Positions 55,119 to 64,000 of a DNA stretch of 64,000 nucleotides are shown one piece after another. The position numbers were made by a program, and so were the translations under genes. The stretch is from NCBI GenBank assembly GCA_014801785.1, contig JAAVDN010000013.1:920-64919 (forward strand), read 5' to 3'. Source of the DNA: Bacteroides sp. (GTDB lineage Bacteria > Bacteroidota > Bacteroidia > Bacteroidales > Muribaculaceae). Positions within the stretch are counted from its first letter, which is position 1; each line of letters starts with the position of its first letter. The notes beneath the pieces were generated by a model. That model was not told the origin of the DNA and ran no database searches. It saw nothing but the letters and a program-made list of their open reading frames with translations.

Positions 55119-58006
55119 AGAGAGTTGAATATCGTCTCCAGCATCTGGGGATCAACCAAAACATCACGAGGTTTTCCTCCTGTCGAAGGGCCGACGACGC
55201 CGAGAGCCTCCAACTGGTCCATTATCTTTCCGGCGCGGTTATAACCTATCGAATAGCGTCGTTGCACACCACTGGTCGATGCGACATTGGACTGCACTAT
55301 CCATCGTCCGACCTCCTCCAGGAGAGGATCCCGGTCTCCGAAGAATGCTCCTTCCCCATCCGAAGCTGTCGAAGAGGCATCGACAGGGGGCTCCGGAAGG
55401 ATGTAGGGCCCGTCAAAACCCGGCTGGGAGGCGATGTGCTGGCAGATTGCCTGAACTTCGGGAGTATCTATAAACGCACACTGCACGCGCACCATCTCGG
55501 AATTGTTGCTTATCAGCATATCACCCCGACCGATCAGCTGCTGGGCGCCGGATGTATCGAGAATAGTCTTACTGTCGATGCCGGAGCTGACGCGGAAAGC
55601 GATGCGGGCCGGGAAGTTCGCCTTGATGACGCCGGTGATGACATTGGCCGAGGGTCGCTGCGTGGCGATGATGACATGCATTCCGACGGCACGCGCCTTC
55701 TGGGCCAGTCGGGCAATCGGGGTCTCGACCTCCTTGCCTGCCGTAACCATCAGGTCAGCGAACTCATCTACAATTACAACAATATAGGGAAGGAATTTAT
55801 GACCTTCATTGGCGGAAAGTTGTCCCCGCGCTATCTTGGCGTTGTATTCCTCCAGATTGCGGACCTGTGCGCGCTTGAGCAACTGATAGCGGTTGTCCAT
55901 CTCGACACAGAGGGAATTGAGGGTGGCGACGACCTTCGACATATCGGTGATGATAGCTTCCTCGGCATCCGGAATCTTCGCAAGGTAATGCTTTTCGATC
56001 TGGGCGTAAAGGGAGAACTCAACCATCTTGGGGTCGATCATGACAAGCTTCAGCTCATGCGGCGCCTTGCAATAAAGAAGAGAGGCTATGATGGCATTCA
56101 GACCGACGGATTTTCCTTGTCCGGTTGCGCCGGCGACCAAAAGGTGAGGCATCTTTGCCAGATCGGCAATATAGACATCATTGGAGATTGTCAATCCGAT
56201 TGCGGTCGGGAGCTTCTTGTCGGTCTCCTGATAACGGCGCGAACGGATGATTGTCTGCATCGAGACTGTCAGCGGATCATTGTTCGCGACCTCTATTCCG
56301 ACGGTTCCTTTTCCCGGTATCGGAGCTATGATACGCACTCCTATCGCCGAAAGGGATAGAGCGAGGTCATCGACAAGGGTGCGGATCCTGGATATCTTGA
56401 CTCCGCGCTCGGGACGGATTTCATATAACGTCACCGTAGGACCGACAGTCGCCTCGATGCTGACGATAGGTATTCCGAAGTCTGCGAGTGTCTTGCGGAT
56501 CTTCTCCTTGTTGGCCATCTGTTCCTCCGCGTCTACACTTATCTTATCGACGCCGGGTCGCAGGAGCTCGACAGGCGGGAAACGGTAAAGGGATCGGGGA
56601 GCAGATGTCGGGACGCGGTCAACGGTCGCGACCTGATTGACGTTTATGACCATCTCATCCTCTTCCTCCTCTTCCTCCTCTTGGCTTTCTACACCGGAGC
56701 TTTCCTTTTCATCTTCATCCGGCAGAGATTCCTCTTCCTCGTCCTCTGTCTCTCCGATGTTCGTTTTCGGAGAGTCGGTTAGGGTCCCGGAGACCTCTTC
56801 CGTTGTATCCTCCGCTGGAGCGAGGGGAGCTGAGGCAGGAACGGAGGCTACAGGAGGAACGGAGGCCACAGGAGGAGCGGCGACAGTCGGAGAGGTTTTT
56901 ACCTGTGGGGCGGGCGCAGGAGCGCTTACCTCCGTTTCATCCGGGTCTCGTTCATCGAGGCGGTAGGTATAGGTTTCTTCATCGAAGTCAGGAAGCTCAT
57001 ATTGCACCTCATCGGAACTCTTGAAGTCAAGAGGCATATCGGGGGTAAGCGGAGCCGGAGCCGGACCTGTCGGTCCGGCAGCCTCGGCCTCCTCGCGTTG
57101 GCGCATCTCTTCTATCTCACGTTCGATACGCTCCTTCTCGGCTCTCTCGGCAGCTTCGACTGCCCGACGGGCATCTCTGGCGCGTTTGAGCTTCAGAAGC
57201 CAGTTGACAAGGTCACGGAGGCAGATGATGACGAAGATACCTATCATGACCAGACTCAGCACTACCGCCCCGGGCCAGCCTATAAACTTGACTATAAATT
57301 CATTGACATACCGCCCATGATAGCCCCCCCAGTTGACGGGGCTGGAGGTGGCGAGAGTGACAAGCCCGACAATCAGTGAGAGGGTTATCAGGGCGACGAA
57401 ACATTTGATAGTGAAGTCAACGCTCTTGAATCGGGGCCAGCCGACAAGAAGCTTGGACGCCATAGCTATGACCCATACTATCAGCACTCCGGATCCGAGA
57501 CCGAATCCTTCATTGATAAGAAGTTCCGTCAGACGGGCTCCTCCCTCTCCGGCGGCATTAGAGATTCCCTCCGCCGAGCCAAGAGGGGAATGATTGACGA
57601 TTGCCTGGTCGGAGACGCAATCCGTAAAATAGGAAAGGAAGGCGACAAGAAGCCATACCCCCAGTCCGCCGAGAATCAATCCGAGTATAAGGAGGAGGTT
57701 CTGGGAGGTGAGGAAGTTCTTCATCGTGGTGGCGAAGGCTCCGAGACCCGCCGATATCTCCTTGGCTGCTTTGGCAGACTCCGCCCGCACATCACTACCT
57801 TTGCGTTTCTCCTCCTTCTGAGGCTCTTTCGTCTTCGTTTTTTTCTTGGGTTTGCGCGTTCTGCCGCGCTCACGACGCTCCTCACGCCCCTCCCCCTTCG
57901 TTGGTGAGGGGGAGGAGGAGGGAATATCGTCGCCTATGATATCGCCGAGTCCGGTGTCGTCACCGAGTGGTATCTCGGGGGAATAGTTTTCATATTGGTC
58001 CAGCAT
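55115..58006 (-). CDS. ftsK: DNA translocase FtsK
   Basis: N-terminal TM domain, acidic/Pro linker, GPTVTLYE, MPHLLVAGATGQGKS, IVDEFAD, IATQRP, LIGRGDML, gamma domain QRR..IGYNRAG. Confidence 0.96.
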   Translation of the reverse strand: MLDQYENYSPEIPLGDDTGLGDIIGDDIPSSSPSPTKGEGREERRERGRTRKPKKKTKTKEPQKEEKRKGSDVRAESAKAAKEISAGLGAFATTMKNFLTSQNLLLILGLILGGLGVWLLVAFLSYFTDCVSDQAIVNHSPLGSAEGISNAAGEGGARLTELLINEGFGLGSGVLIVWVIAMASKLLVGWPRFKSVDFTIKCFVALITLSLIVGLVTLATSSPVNWGGYHGRYVNEFIVKFIGWPGAVVLSLVMIGIFVIICLRDLVNWLLKLKRARDARRAVEAAERAEKERIEREIEEMRQREEAEAAGPTGPAPAPLTPDMPLDFKSSDEVQYELPDFDEETYTYRLDERDPDETEVSAPAPAPQVKTSPTVAAPPVASVPPVASVPASAPLAPAEDTTEEVSGTLTDSPKTNIGETEDEEEESLPDEDEKESSGVESQEEEEEEEDEMVINVNQVATVDRVPTSAPRSLYRFPPVELLRPGVDKISVDAEEQMANKEKIRKTLADFGIPIVSIEATVGPTVTLYEIRPERGVKISRIRTLVDDLALSLSAIGVRIIAPIPGKGTVGIEVANNDPLTVSMQTIIRSRRYQETDKKLPTAIGLTISNDVYIADLAKMPHLLVAGATGQGKSVGLNAIIASLLYCKAPHELKLVMIDPKMVEFSLYAQIEKHYLAKIPDAEEAIITDMSKVVATLNSLCVEMDNRYQLLKRAQVRNLEEYNAKIARGQLSANEGHKFLPYIVVIVDEFADLMVTAGKEVETPIARLAQKARAVGMHVIIATQRPSANVITGVIKANFPARIAFRVSSGIDSKTILDTSGAQQLIGRGDMLISNNSEMVRVQCAFIDTPEVQAICQHIASQPGFDGPYILPEPPVDASSTASDGEGAFFGDRDPLLEEVGRWIVQSNVASTSGVQRRYSIGYNRAGKIMDQLEALGVVGPSTGGKPRDVLVDPQMLETIFNSL

Positions 58007-58197
58007 ATATCTCTATATAGGGTTGCTGTTTTCTGCTTAATTTTTCTTGACAGACTACATTTTTGGAGTTCTAAGGGCAAATTTACTAATAATTTCGCAG
58101 TTTCCCATCCTCGAACTGCCTTCCCTTCAAAAAATTCTTGTTAACTTCGCATTGAGAAGGCTCCACCGGATGGAGGAGACGTCTCCCCCACTCTGTT

Positions 58198-58425
58198 ATG
58201 AAACCGATTCGCATCATAGGATTCGCTGTCCTGGCTCTTATATGGATATGGCTTGTCTGGGCCATCCTCGCCGGAAACAAGCTGACGCTGATTAATCTGT
58301 TCTGGATTGCAGCTTCGGCGATTATTATCTTCGTGCCTTTATGGCGGAAGTATGGTCCGTCGGGGACGGCAGACAACGAATCCTCCGGAAAAAAAGCCGG
58401 AAAGAATGCTCCGCGCCGAAAGTGA
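58198..58425 (+). CDS. Small two-TM membrane protein
   Basis: 75 aa with two hydrophobic helices and a basic tail; co-oriented directly upstream of dxs. Confidence 0.65.
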   Translation: MKPIRIIGFAVLALIWIWLVWAILAGNKLTLINLFWIAASAIIIFVPLWRKYGPSGTADNESSGKKAGKNAPRRK

Positions 58426-58458
58426 AGTGACCGCGCGGTCTCAAATAACATTTTGACC

Positions 58459-60432
58459 ATGAGTTCCAACCAGAATCATATACCCGCCGACCCTTTCAAT
58501 CCGGTCTCCGCGCTCTCCGACGAGCAGAAGGAGGCCGACTCCCGTCGTTTCCCTTTGCTGTCGGCTATCGACTCGCCGGAAGACCTTAGAAAGCTTCCGG
58601 TTGAAAAGCTTCCTGAAGTCTGCTCTGAAATCCGCTCCTTCCTTATTGACCGACTTTCAAATAATCCGGGGCATTTCGCCTCAAGTATGGGTTCGGTCGA
58701 AATCATCACGGCGTTGCATTATGTCTTCAATACTCCCGACGACCATCTGGTCTTCGATGTAGGCCATCAGGCATATTCCCACAAGTTGCTGACCGGACGA
58801 CGTGATGCTTTCGCAACCCAGCGGACTCTGGGGGGGCTCTCTGGCTTCCCGAATCCCGATGAGTCGAAGTATGATTCCTTCATCGCCGGCCACGCCGGCA
58901 ATTCCATATCGGCAGCTCTGGGTATGGCTATCGCCGACAAGATGACACCGGGCCACGAAAAGAGGAAGACGGTTGCCCTAATCGGTGACGCCTCCATCTC
59001 GAACGGTCTGGCGTTTGAAGGGCTCAACAATGCCTCCAACAATCCTAACGATCTGCTCATTATTCTGAATGACAATGAAATGAGCATCGATGATAATGTC
59101 GGCGCCCTGCACGCCTACCTTTCCGAACTGACAACTTCCGAAAGGTATAACCGGCTGCGTTACAACATATATCAGAAGTTTCGCGAAAAAGGTCTGATCG
59201 GAGATGCGGGAAAACGCCGTCTGCTGCGTTTCAACAATGCCATGAAGTCTCTTATCTCCGGAGACCAGAATATCTTCGAAGGACTCAATATCCGATATTT
59301 CGGACCCTTTGACGGCCACGACGTCCAGAAAGTTGTCAAGGTCCTGAAAGAGATAAAGGATATGACGGGGCCACGTATCCTTCATCTGCGAACCCTTAAG
59401 GGTAAAGGGTTCCCGAACGCAGAGAAAGACCCGACGACATGGCACGCTCCCGGTCTTTTTGACCCTTCGACCGGAGAAAGACATAAGAAGAATGAGCCTG
59501 ACTCTCCGTTGCTCTGGCAACAGGTTTTCGGAAATACGATGGTCGAACTGGCTGATATGGACAACCGCGTTGTCGGCATCACTGCCGCCATGCCTTCGGG
59601 CACTTCGATGGGTATCCTTATGTCCCAACGGCCGGGTCGCGGTTTCGATGTCGGGATATCGGAAGGGCATGCCGTCACTTTCGCCGGAGGCCTCGCATCG
59701 GGGGGAAAGCGTCCATTCGTGGCTATATACAGTTCGTTCCTTCAGAGAGCCTACGACAATGTAATCCATGATGTTGCAATTCAGGGACTTCCCGTCACCT
59801 TCTGCATCGACCGCGCCGGAGTTGTGGGAGAAGATGGCGTAACCCACCACGGTCTCTATGACCTGGTCTATCTCCGCTGTATTCCGGGTATGCGCATCGC
59901 CTCCCCTGCTGACGAGGAAACGCTGCGCAACCTCATGTTCTCCCAACTTGAAGAGGAAGGGCCGCTCGCTGTCAGGTATCCCCGTGGTAAAGCGACCAGT
60001 CCCGATTGGAAGACTCCGATGAAGAGGATTCCGTCAGGGAAGGGGCGTATGATACGCGAAACGGAGAATCCTCAGGCTATGATCATGACTGTCGGGCCGG
60101 CGCTCCACGATGCTCTGAAAGCTTCCGATATCCTTGAATCGGATGGTATCAGAGTGGAGGTCGCCGACATGATATGGGTCAAACCTCTTGATGAGGAGCT
60201 GTTGCGCAGGGCGATGCAATATCCGTTGATAGTCACTGTCGAAGATGGCGCTGTCACAGGGGGATTCGGTTCTGCAGTTTCCGAATGGCTGACAGACCAT
60301 GACTATAAGGGAAAAATTATCCGGATGGGAGTTCCTGACAAATGGGTCCACCAGGGAAAGGTTGCCGAACTCAAGGAGCTATGCGGATATGACGCCGCTG
60401 CCATAGTCAGCAAAATCAAAGAGGTTCTATAG
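58459..60432 (+). CDS. dxs: 1-deoxy-D-xylulose-5-phosphate synthase
   Basis: GHFASS.G, DVGHQAY.HK.LTGRR, GDAS...G...E.LN, ITAAM, DVGI.E.HAV, YSSFLQRAYD, RYPRG. Confidence 0.96.
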   Translation: MSSNQNHIPADPFNPVSALSDEQKEADSRRFPLLSAIDSPEDLRKLPVEKLPEVCSEIRSFLIDRLSNNPGHFASSMGSVEIITALHYVFNTPDDHLVFDVGHQAYSHKLLTGRRDAFATQRTLGGLSGFPNPDESKYDSFIAGHAGNSISAALGMAIADKMTPGHEKRKTVALIGDASISNGLAFEGLNNASNNPNDLLIILNDNEMSIDDNVGALHAYLSELTTSERYNRLRYNIYQKFREKGLIGDAGKRRLLRFNNAMKSLISGDQNIFEGLNIRYFGPFDGHDVQKVVKVLKEIKDMTGPRILHLRTLKGKGFPNAEKDPTTWHAPGLFDPSTGERHKKNEPDSPLLWQQVFGNTMVELADMDNRVVGITAAMPSGTSMGILMSQRPGRGFDVGISEGHAVTFAGGLASGGKRPFVAIYSSFLQRAYDNVIHDVAIQGLPVTFCIDRAGVVGEDGVTHHGLYDLVYLRCIPGMRIASPADEETLRNLMFSQLEEEGPLAVRYPRGKATSPDWKTPMKRIPSGKGRMIRETENPQAMIMTVGPALHDALKASDILESDGIRVEVADMIWVKPLDEELLRRAMQYPLIVTVEDGAVTGGFGSAVSEWLTDHDYKGKIIRMGVPDKWVHQGKVAELKELCGYDAAAIVSKIKEVL

Positions 60433-60474
60433 AATATATCAGGATAAAATATATTAGGGTATAAAAGTCCGCCT

Positions 60475-61809
60475 ATGAAAATTATCATCGCCGGCGCCGG
60501 CGAAGTCGGAACGCATCTCGCGAAGATGCTCTCCAACGAGGACCAGGATATCATTCTGGTTGACAACGACCAGCCGCGCCTGGACATGATCGATGCCAAC
60601 TACAATCTAATGACCTGGAACGGCTCGACATCCTCGTTCGCGACAATGCGCAACGTCAATGTCGCTGATGCCGACCTATATATCGCCGTCACGCCTTACG
60701 AGACACGAAATATAACGGCATGCGCTATCGCCAAGCGTCTGGGCGCGAGGAAAACCGTCGCGCGTATTGATAATTCCGAGTTCCTGATTAAGGAAAACGG
60801 AGAGGTGTTGCGTCAGTTGGGGGTTGACCATCTGATTTATCCTGAAAACCTTGCCGCTCAGGAGATTGCCCTCGCGCTTGCCCACAACTGGGCACGCTAT
60901 TGGGGAGAGCTTCACGGGGGTGACCTGATTCTCATAGGGGTTAAGCTGAGCAATGACTGTCAGATTGTCGATAAGCAATTGAAGGATCTTCCTGTCAAGG
61001 CTCACGATTTCCACGTCGCGGCAATCAAACGCAACAATGAGACTATCATCCCGAACGGTAACGACACGCTGCTTCATAACGATATTGTATATTTCATCAC
61101 CACTCCCCCATTCATCAATGAAGTCAGAGAACTTTGCGGCAAAACAAAGAGGGTGATTAAGAAAGGTCTTATCATGGGGGGTAGCCGCATAGCGGTCCGC
61201 TTCGCCAAGGAATATGGGGAGAAATACCATCTCAAGTTTATCGAGATCAGCCGCGAGAGATGTGAGGAACTGGCGCGCACGTTGCCGCAATGCGAGATTG
61301 TCTGCGGCGACGGACGCGATATGGAGGTGTTGCGCGAAAACAATATATACCAGTATGACGTCTTTATGGCGCTGACGGATTCTTCCGAAACCAATATTCT
61401 GAGTTGCCTGACGGCAAAGGAATTCGGAGTCACCAAAACAATCGCCGATGTCGAGAACCTGCAATTTCTCAGCTCAGCAGAAAATCTGAATATCGGAACG
61501 ACAATCAACAAGAAACTCCTCGCATCGAGCCGTATATTCAAGATTCTTCTCGACGCAGACTCCAGCAATGATAAGTTCCTGGCTTTGGCAGACGCCGAGG
61601 TCGCCGAAATGAAAGCCAAGAAAGGTTCCAGGATAACCCGCGCTGAAGTGAAAGACCTGCATCTTCCTTTCGGCATGACACTCGCTGCCAGAATCAGCGG
61701 CGACCGAAGCGAGCTTATCTCGGGACGGACGCGTATCGAGCCGGGAGATTACGTTGTTGTCTTCTGTCTCTCGGGTAGCCTCCATAAGATTGAAAAATGG
61801 TTCAACTGA
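60475..61809 (+). CDS. trkA: Trk potassium uptake system NAD-binding subunit
   Basis: MKIIIAGAGEVG, two RCK-N/RCK-C pairs, IMGGSRI, ETNIL.C. Confidence 0.95.
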   Translation: MKIIIAGAGEVGTHLAKMLSNEDQDIILVDNDQPRLDMIDANYNLMTWNGSTSSFATMRNVNVADADLYIAVTPYETRNITACAIAKRLGARKTVARIDNSEFLIKENGEVLRQLGVDHLIYPENLAAQEIALALAHNWARYWGELHGGDLILIGVKLSNDCQIVDKQLKDLPVKAHDFHVAAIKRNNETIIPNGNDTLLHNDIVYFITTPPFINEVRELCGKTKRVIKKGLIMGGSRIAVRFAKEYGEKYHLKFIEISRERCEELARTLPQCEIVCGDGRDMEVLRENNIYQYDVFMALTDSSETNILSCLTAKEFGVTKTIADVENLQFLSSAENLNIGTTINKKLLASSRIFKILLDADSSNDKFLALADAEVAEMKAKKGSRITRAEVKDLHLPFGMTLAARISGDRSELISGRTRIEPGDYVVVFCLSGSLHKIEKWFN

Positions 61810-61845
61810 TTTTGATCCGGAGTTTCTGTCTATACTGATTTGCCG

Positions 61846-63324
61846 ATGGTTCCTTTTTTCAAACATAAGAGCTATATCAATTTCCGTGTCCTTCTTCGTG
61901 TCATCGGCTGGCTACTGATGATCGAGGGGGGATTCATGGCCTTGCCGACTCTGCTCGGGTTTATCGACGGCGACAATTCCGCCGTTCCTTTCATAATAGG
62001 GACAGGCATAACCTTCACGGCAGCCTTCTCTCTGATGAGTCTTAAAACCCGTAGTCGCGAAATGGGCAAAAGGGAAGCTATCCTGCTGACCTCCCTGACT
62101 TGGATTATCCTCTCTCTCTTCGGGATGCTCCCCTTTCTCTTCACCCACTCCCATTTATCGGTGACTGATGCCTTCTTCGAGACGATATCCGGTTTTACAA
62201 CTACCGGTATGTCAGTCATTGGCTCGCTTGACGGCGTGCCGAGATCTATTCTGTTATGGAGGTGCCTGCTGCAATGGATCGGAGGTATGGGTATCATCCT
62301 TTTCACACTTGCAGTCATACCGATGCTCAACTATCAGGGGGGCATGATGCTTTTCAATGCGGAAGTGACCGGTATAACCCACGATAAGCTCGCGCCCCGC
62401 GTCTCCTATACAGCCAAGAGCCTATGGCTGATATATATAATCCTGACGCTCCTCCTCATCATCGCGCTGCTATTCTCGGAGATGACCACTTTTGATGCCA
62501 TCTGCTACGGTCTGTCGACAATGTCTACCGGTGGATTCTCGACTTCTGACCTCAGCATTACGGAATGGGACAATCTTTATGTAAAGATTGTGATGGCAAT
62601 TTTCATGTTTATCGGCGGTATCAATTTCTCTCTCATTTATCAGGGCACACGCGGGCGTTTTGATACTTTCCGTAATAATACGGTTTTCAAAGTCTATCTA
62701 AGCTGGATCGGTATCGCCTATCTTCTTTTCTGTTTCAATGTCTGGCGGACCGGAAGCGGTCACGACTGGATTGACTACAGTATCGACCCTATCTTCCAGG
62801 CTATCTCCCTGGCTTCTTCTACCGGCATGACAGAACCCGATTTCTCCGACTGGGGTTCGATTTCGACGGTCGTCATGATTGTGTTGATATTCACCGGCGC
62901 ATGCGCGGGAAGTACCTCAGGTGGAGCCAAACTCGACCGAATCATTATCCTTCTAAAGTTCATGCGCAATCAGTTCTACCAGATGATGCATCCGAGCGCC
63001 GTGACAACGGTCCGTATCAACGGGCAGGGCACTTCATACGTGCTCGTTCAGAAGGTATTGGGATTCCTCTTCCTTTATATACTTGTCATTATGGTCGGAG
63101 GAACGCTGCTGACCATAATGGGACTGAGTCTTACCGATAGTTTCTTCTATGCCCTGTCGGCTATCTCAAATGCCGGGCTGGGAACAGAGGTTGCATGTGT
63201 CACCCAGCACTATTCGACAATACCCGATGTAGCCAAATGGCTTCTCGCGCTCCTTATGCTGATTGGGCGTCTGGAACTTTATACTGTCCTGCTGCTCTTC
63301 ACCCCTATGTTTTGGCGAAAATGA
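61846..63324 (+). CDS. trkH: Trk potassium uptake membrane subunit
   Basis: FETISGFTTTG, QWIGGMG, STGGFS, GACAGSTSGG.K, MLIGRLE. Confidence 0.95.
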   Translation: MVPFFKHKSYINFRVLLRVIGWLLMIEGGFMALPTLLGFIDGDNSAVPFIIGTGITFTAAFSLMSLKTRSREMGKREAILLTSLTWIILSLFGMLPFLFTHSHLSVTDAFFETISGFTTTGMSVIGSLDGVPRSILLWRCLLQWIGGMGIILFTLAVIPMLNYQGGMMLFNAEVTGITHDKLAPRVSYTAKSLWLIYIILTLLLIIALLFSEMTTFDAICYGLSTMSTGGFSTSDLSITEWDNLYVKIVMAIFMFIGGINFSLIYQGTRGRFDTFRNNTVFKVYLSWIGIAYLLFCFNVWRTGSGHDWIDYSIDPIFQAISLASSTGMTEPDFSDWGSISTVVMIVLIFTGACAGSTSGGAKLDRIIILLKFMRNQFYQMMHPSAVTTVRINGQGTSYVLVQKVLGFLFLYILVIMVGGTLLTIMGLSLTDSFFYALSAISNAGLGTEVACVTQHYSTIPDVAKWLLALLMLIGRLELYTVLLLFTPMFWRK

Positions 63325-63384
63325 CCGCGCGGATGTGTCAACCAAATTTCCTCCATGGGTGTTTCTCTAATAAAATTAAAAATT

Positions 63385-64000
63385 ATGAAAATCACCAAAG
63401 AGGAAGCTCTCGAATATCATGAGGACGTGCGTCCCGGCAAAATAGAAGTCATCCCGACCAAACCATACACCAGTCAACTTGACCTGTCACTGGCATATTC
63501 TCCCGGTGTCGCCTACCCGAGCCTGGCTATCGCTGAAAATCCTGACGATGCGTTCCGTTATACCGATAAAGGTAATCTTGTAGGAGTCATCTCCAACGGA
63601 ACAGCTGTCCTGGGACTCGGAGATATAGGCGCCCTGGCAGGAAAGCCGGTGATGGAAGGAAAAGCTCTTCTATTCAAAATTTTCGCCGGAATCGATGCGT
63701 TCGATATTGAAGTCGACGAGAAAGACCCTGATAAGTTTGCTGATATTATCCGCGCTATATCGAAAACTTTCGGAGGTATCAACCTTGAGGATATAAAGGC
63801 TCCGGAATGTTTTAAGGTAGAACGTCGCGCAAAAGCTGAATGTGACATACCTGTCATGCACGATGACCAGCATGGGACAGCTATCATATCCGGCGCCGGA
63901 CTTCTCAATGCGCTCGAATTGCAGAATAAGAAGATTGAAGAAATCAAGGTCGTGGTCAACGGTGCCGGCGCGGCGGCAATCTCATGTTCCCGTCTTTATG
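63385..64000 (+). CDS. maeB: NADP-dependent malic enzyme, runs off the window
   Basis: Not in the ORF track; manual translation [12 protein letters not shown]...[17 protein letters not shown]...[37 protein letters not shown]. Confidence 0.92.
   Translation, partial: MKITKEEALEYHEDVRPGKIEVIPTKPYTSQLDLSLAYSPGVAYPSLAIAENPDDAFRYTDKGNLVGVISNGTAVLGLGDIGALAGKPVMEGKALLFKIFAGIDAFDIEVDEKDPDKFADIIRAISKTFGGINLEDIKAPECFKVERRAKAECDIPVMHDDQHGTAIISGAGLLNALELQNKKIEEIKVVVNGAGAAAISCSRLY

Overview
64 kb of a Bacteroidales chromosome, probably Muribaculaceae-like (inferred from TAnnTTTG promoters, a short RpoD lacking region 1.1, and short C-terminal secretion tails). Core genes are ppdK, rlmD, recD2, dcp, rpoD, degP, trxA, dnaE, an M16 peptidase, ctpA, trxB, ftsK, dxs, trkA, trkH and a partial malic enzyme. 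Three accessory areas stand out. (1) The edge of an integrative element at 1-907: a tyrosine integrase missed by the ORF track, next to the ppdK 3' end. (2) A patchwork of small accessory genes at about 8-27 kb whose junctions carry copies of a ~25-28 bp repeat. (3) An AT-rich island at 39739-45744 with an Xre regulator, a Type IIG-like RM fusion, a second MTase and an IS630 remnant. The most unusual signal is a family of ~190-200 bp long-palindromic, MITE-like elements with TWA|G-N3-STGTY-type ends. Their arms differ between copies yet stay self-complementary around a conserved central hairpin. Two copies are intact (9808-10009, 52821-53009). A third appears split open by the ~5.8 kb RM cargo. 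No rRNA, tRNA or CRISPR array was seen. All family assignments come from motif recognition by eye; no database search was run.
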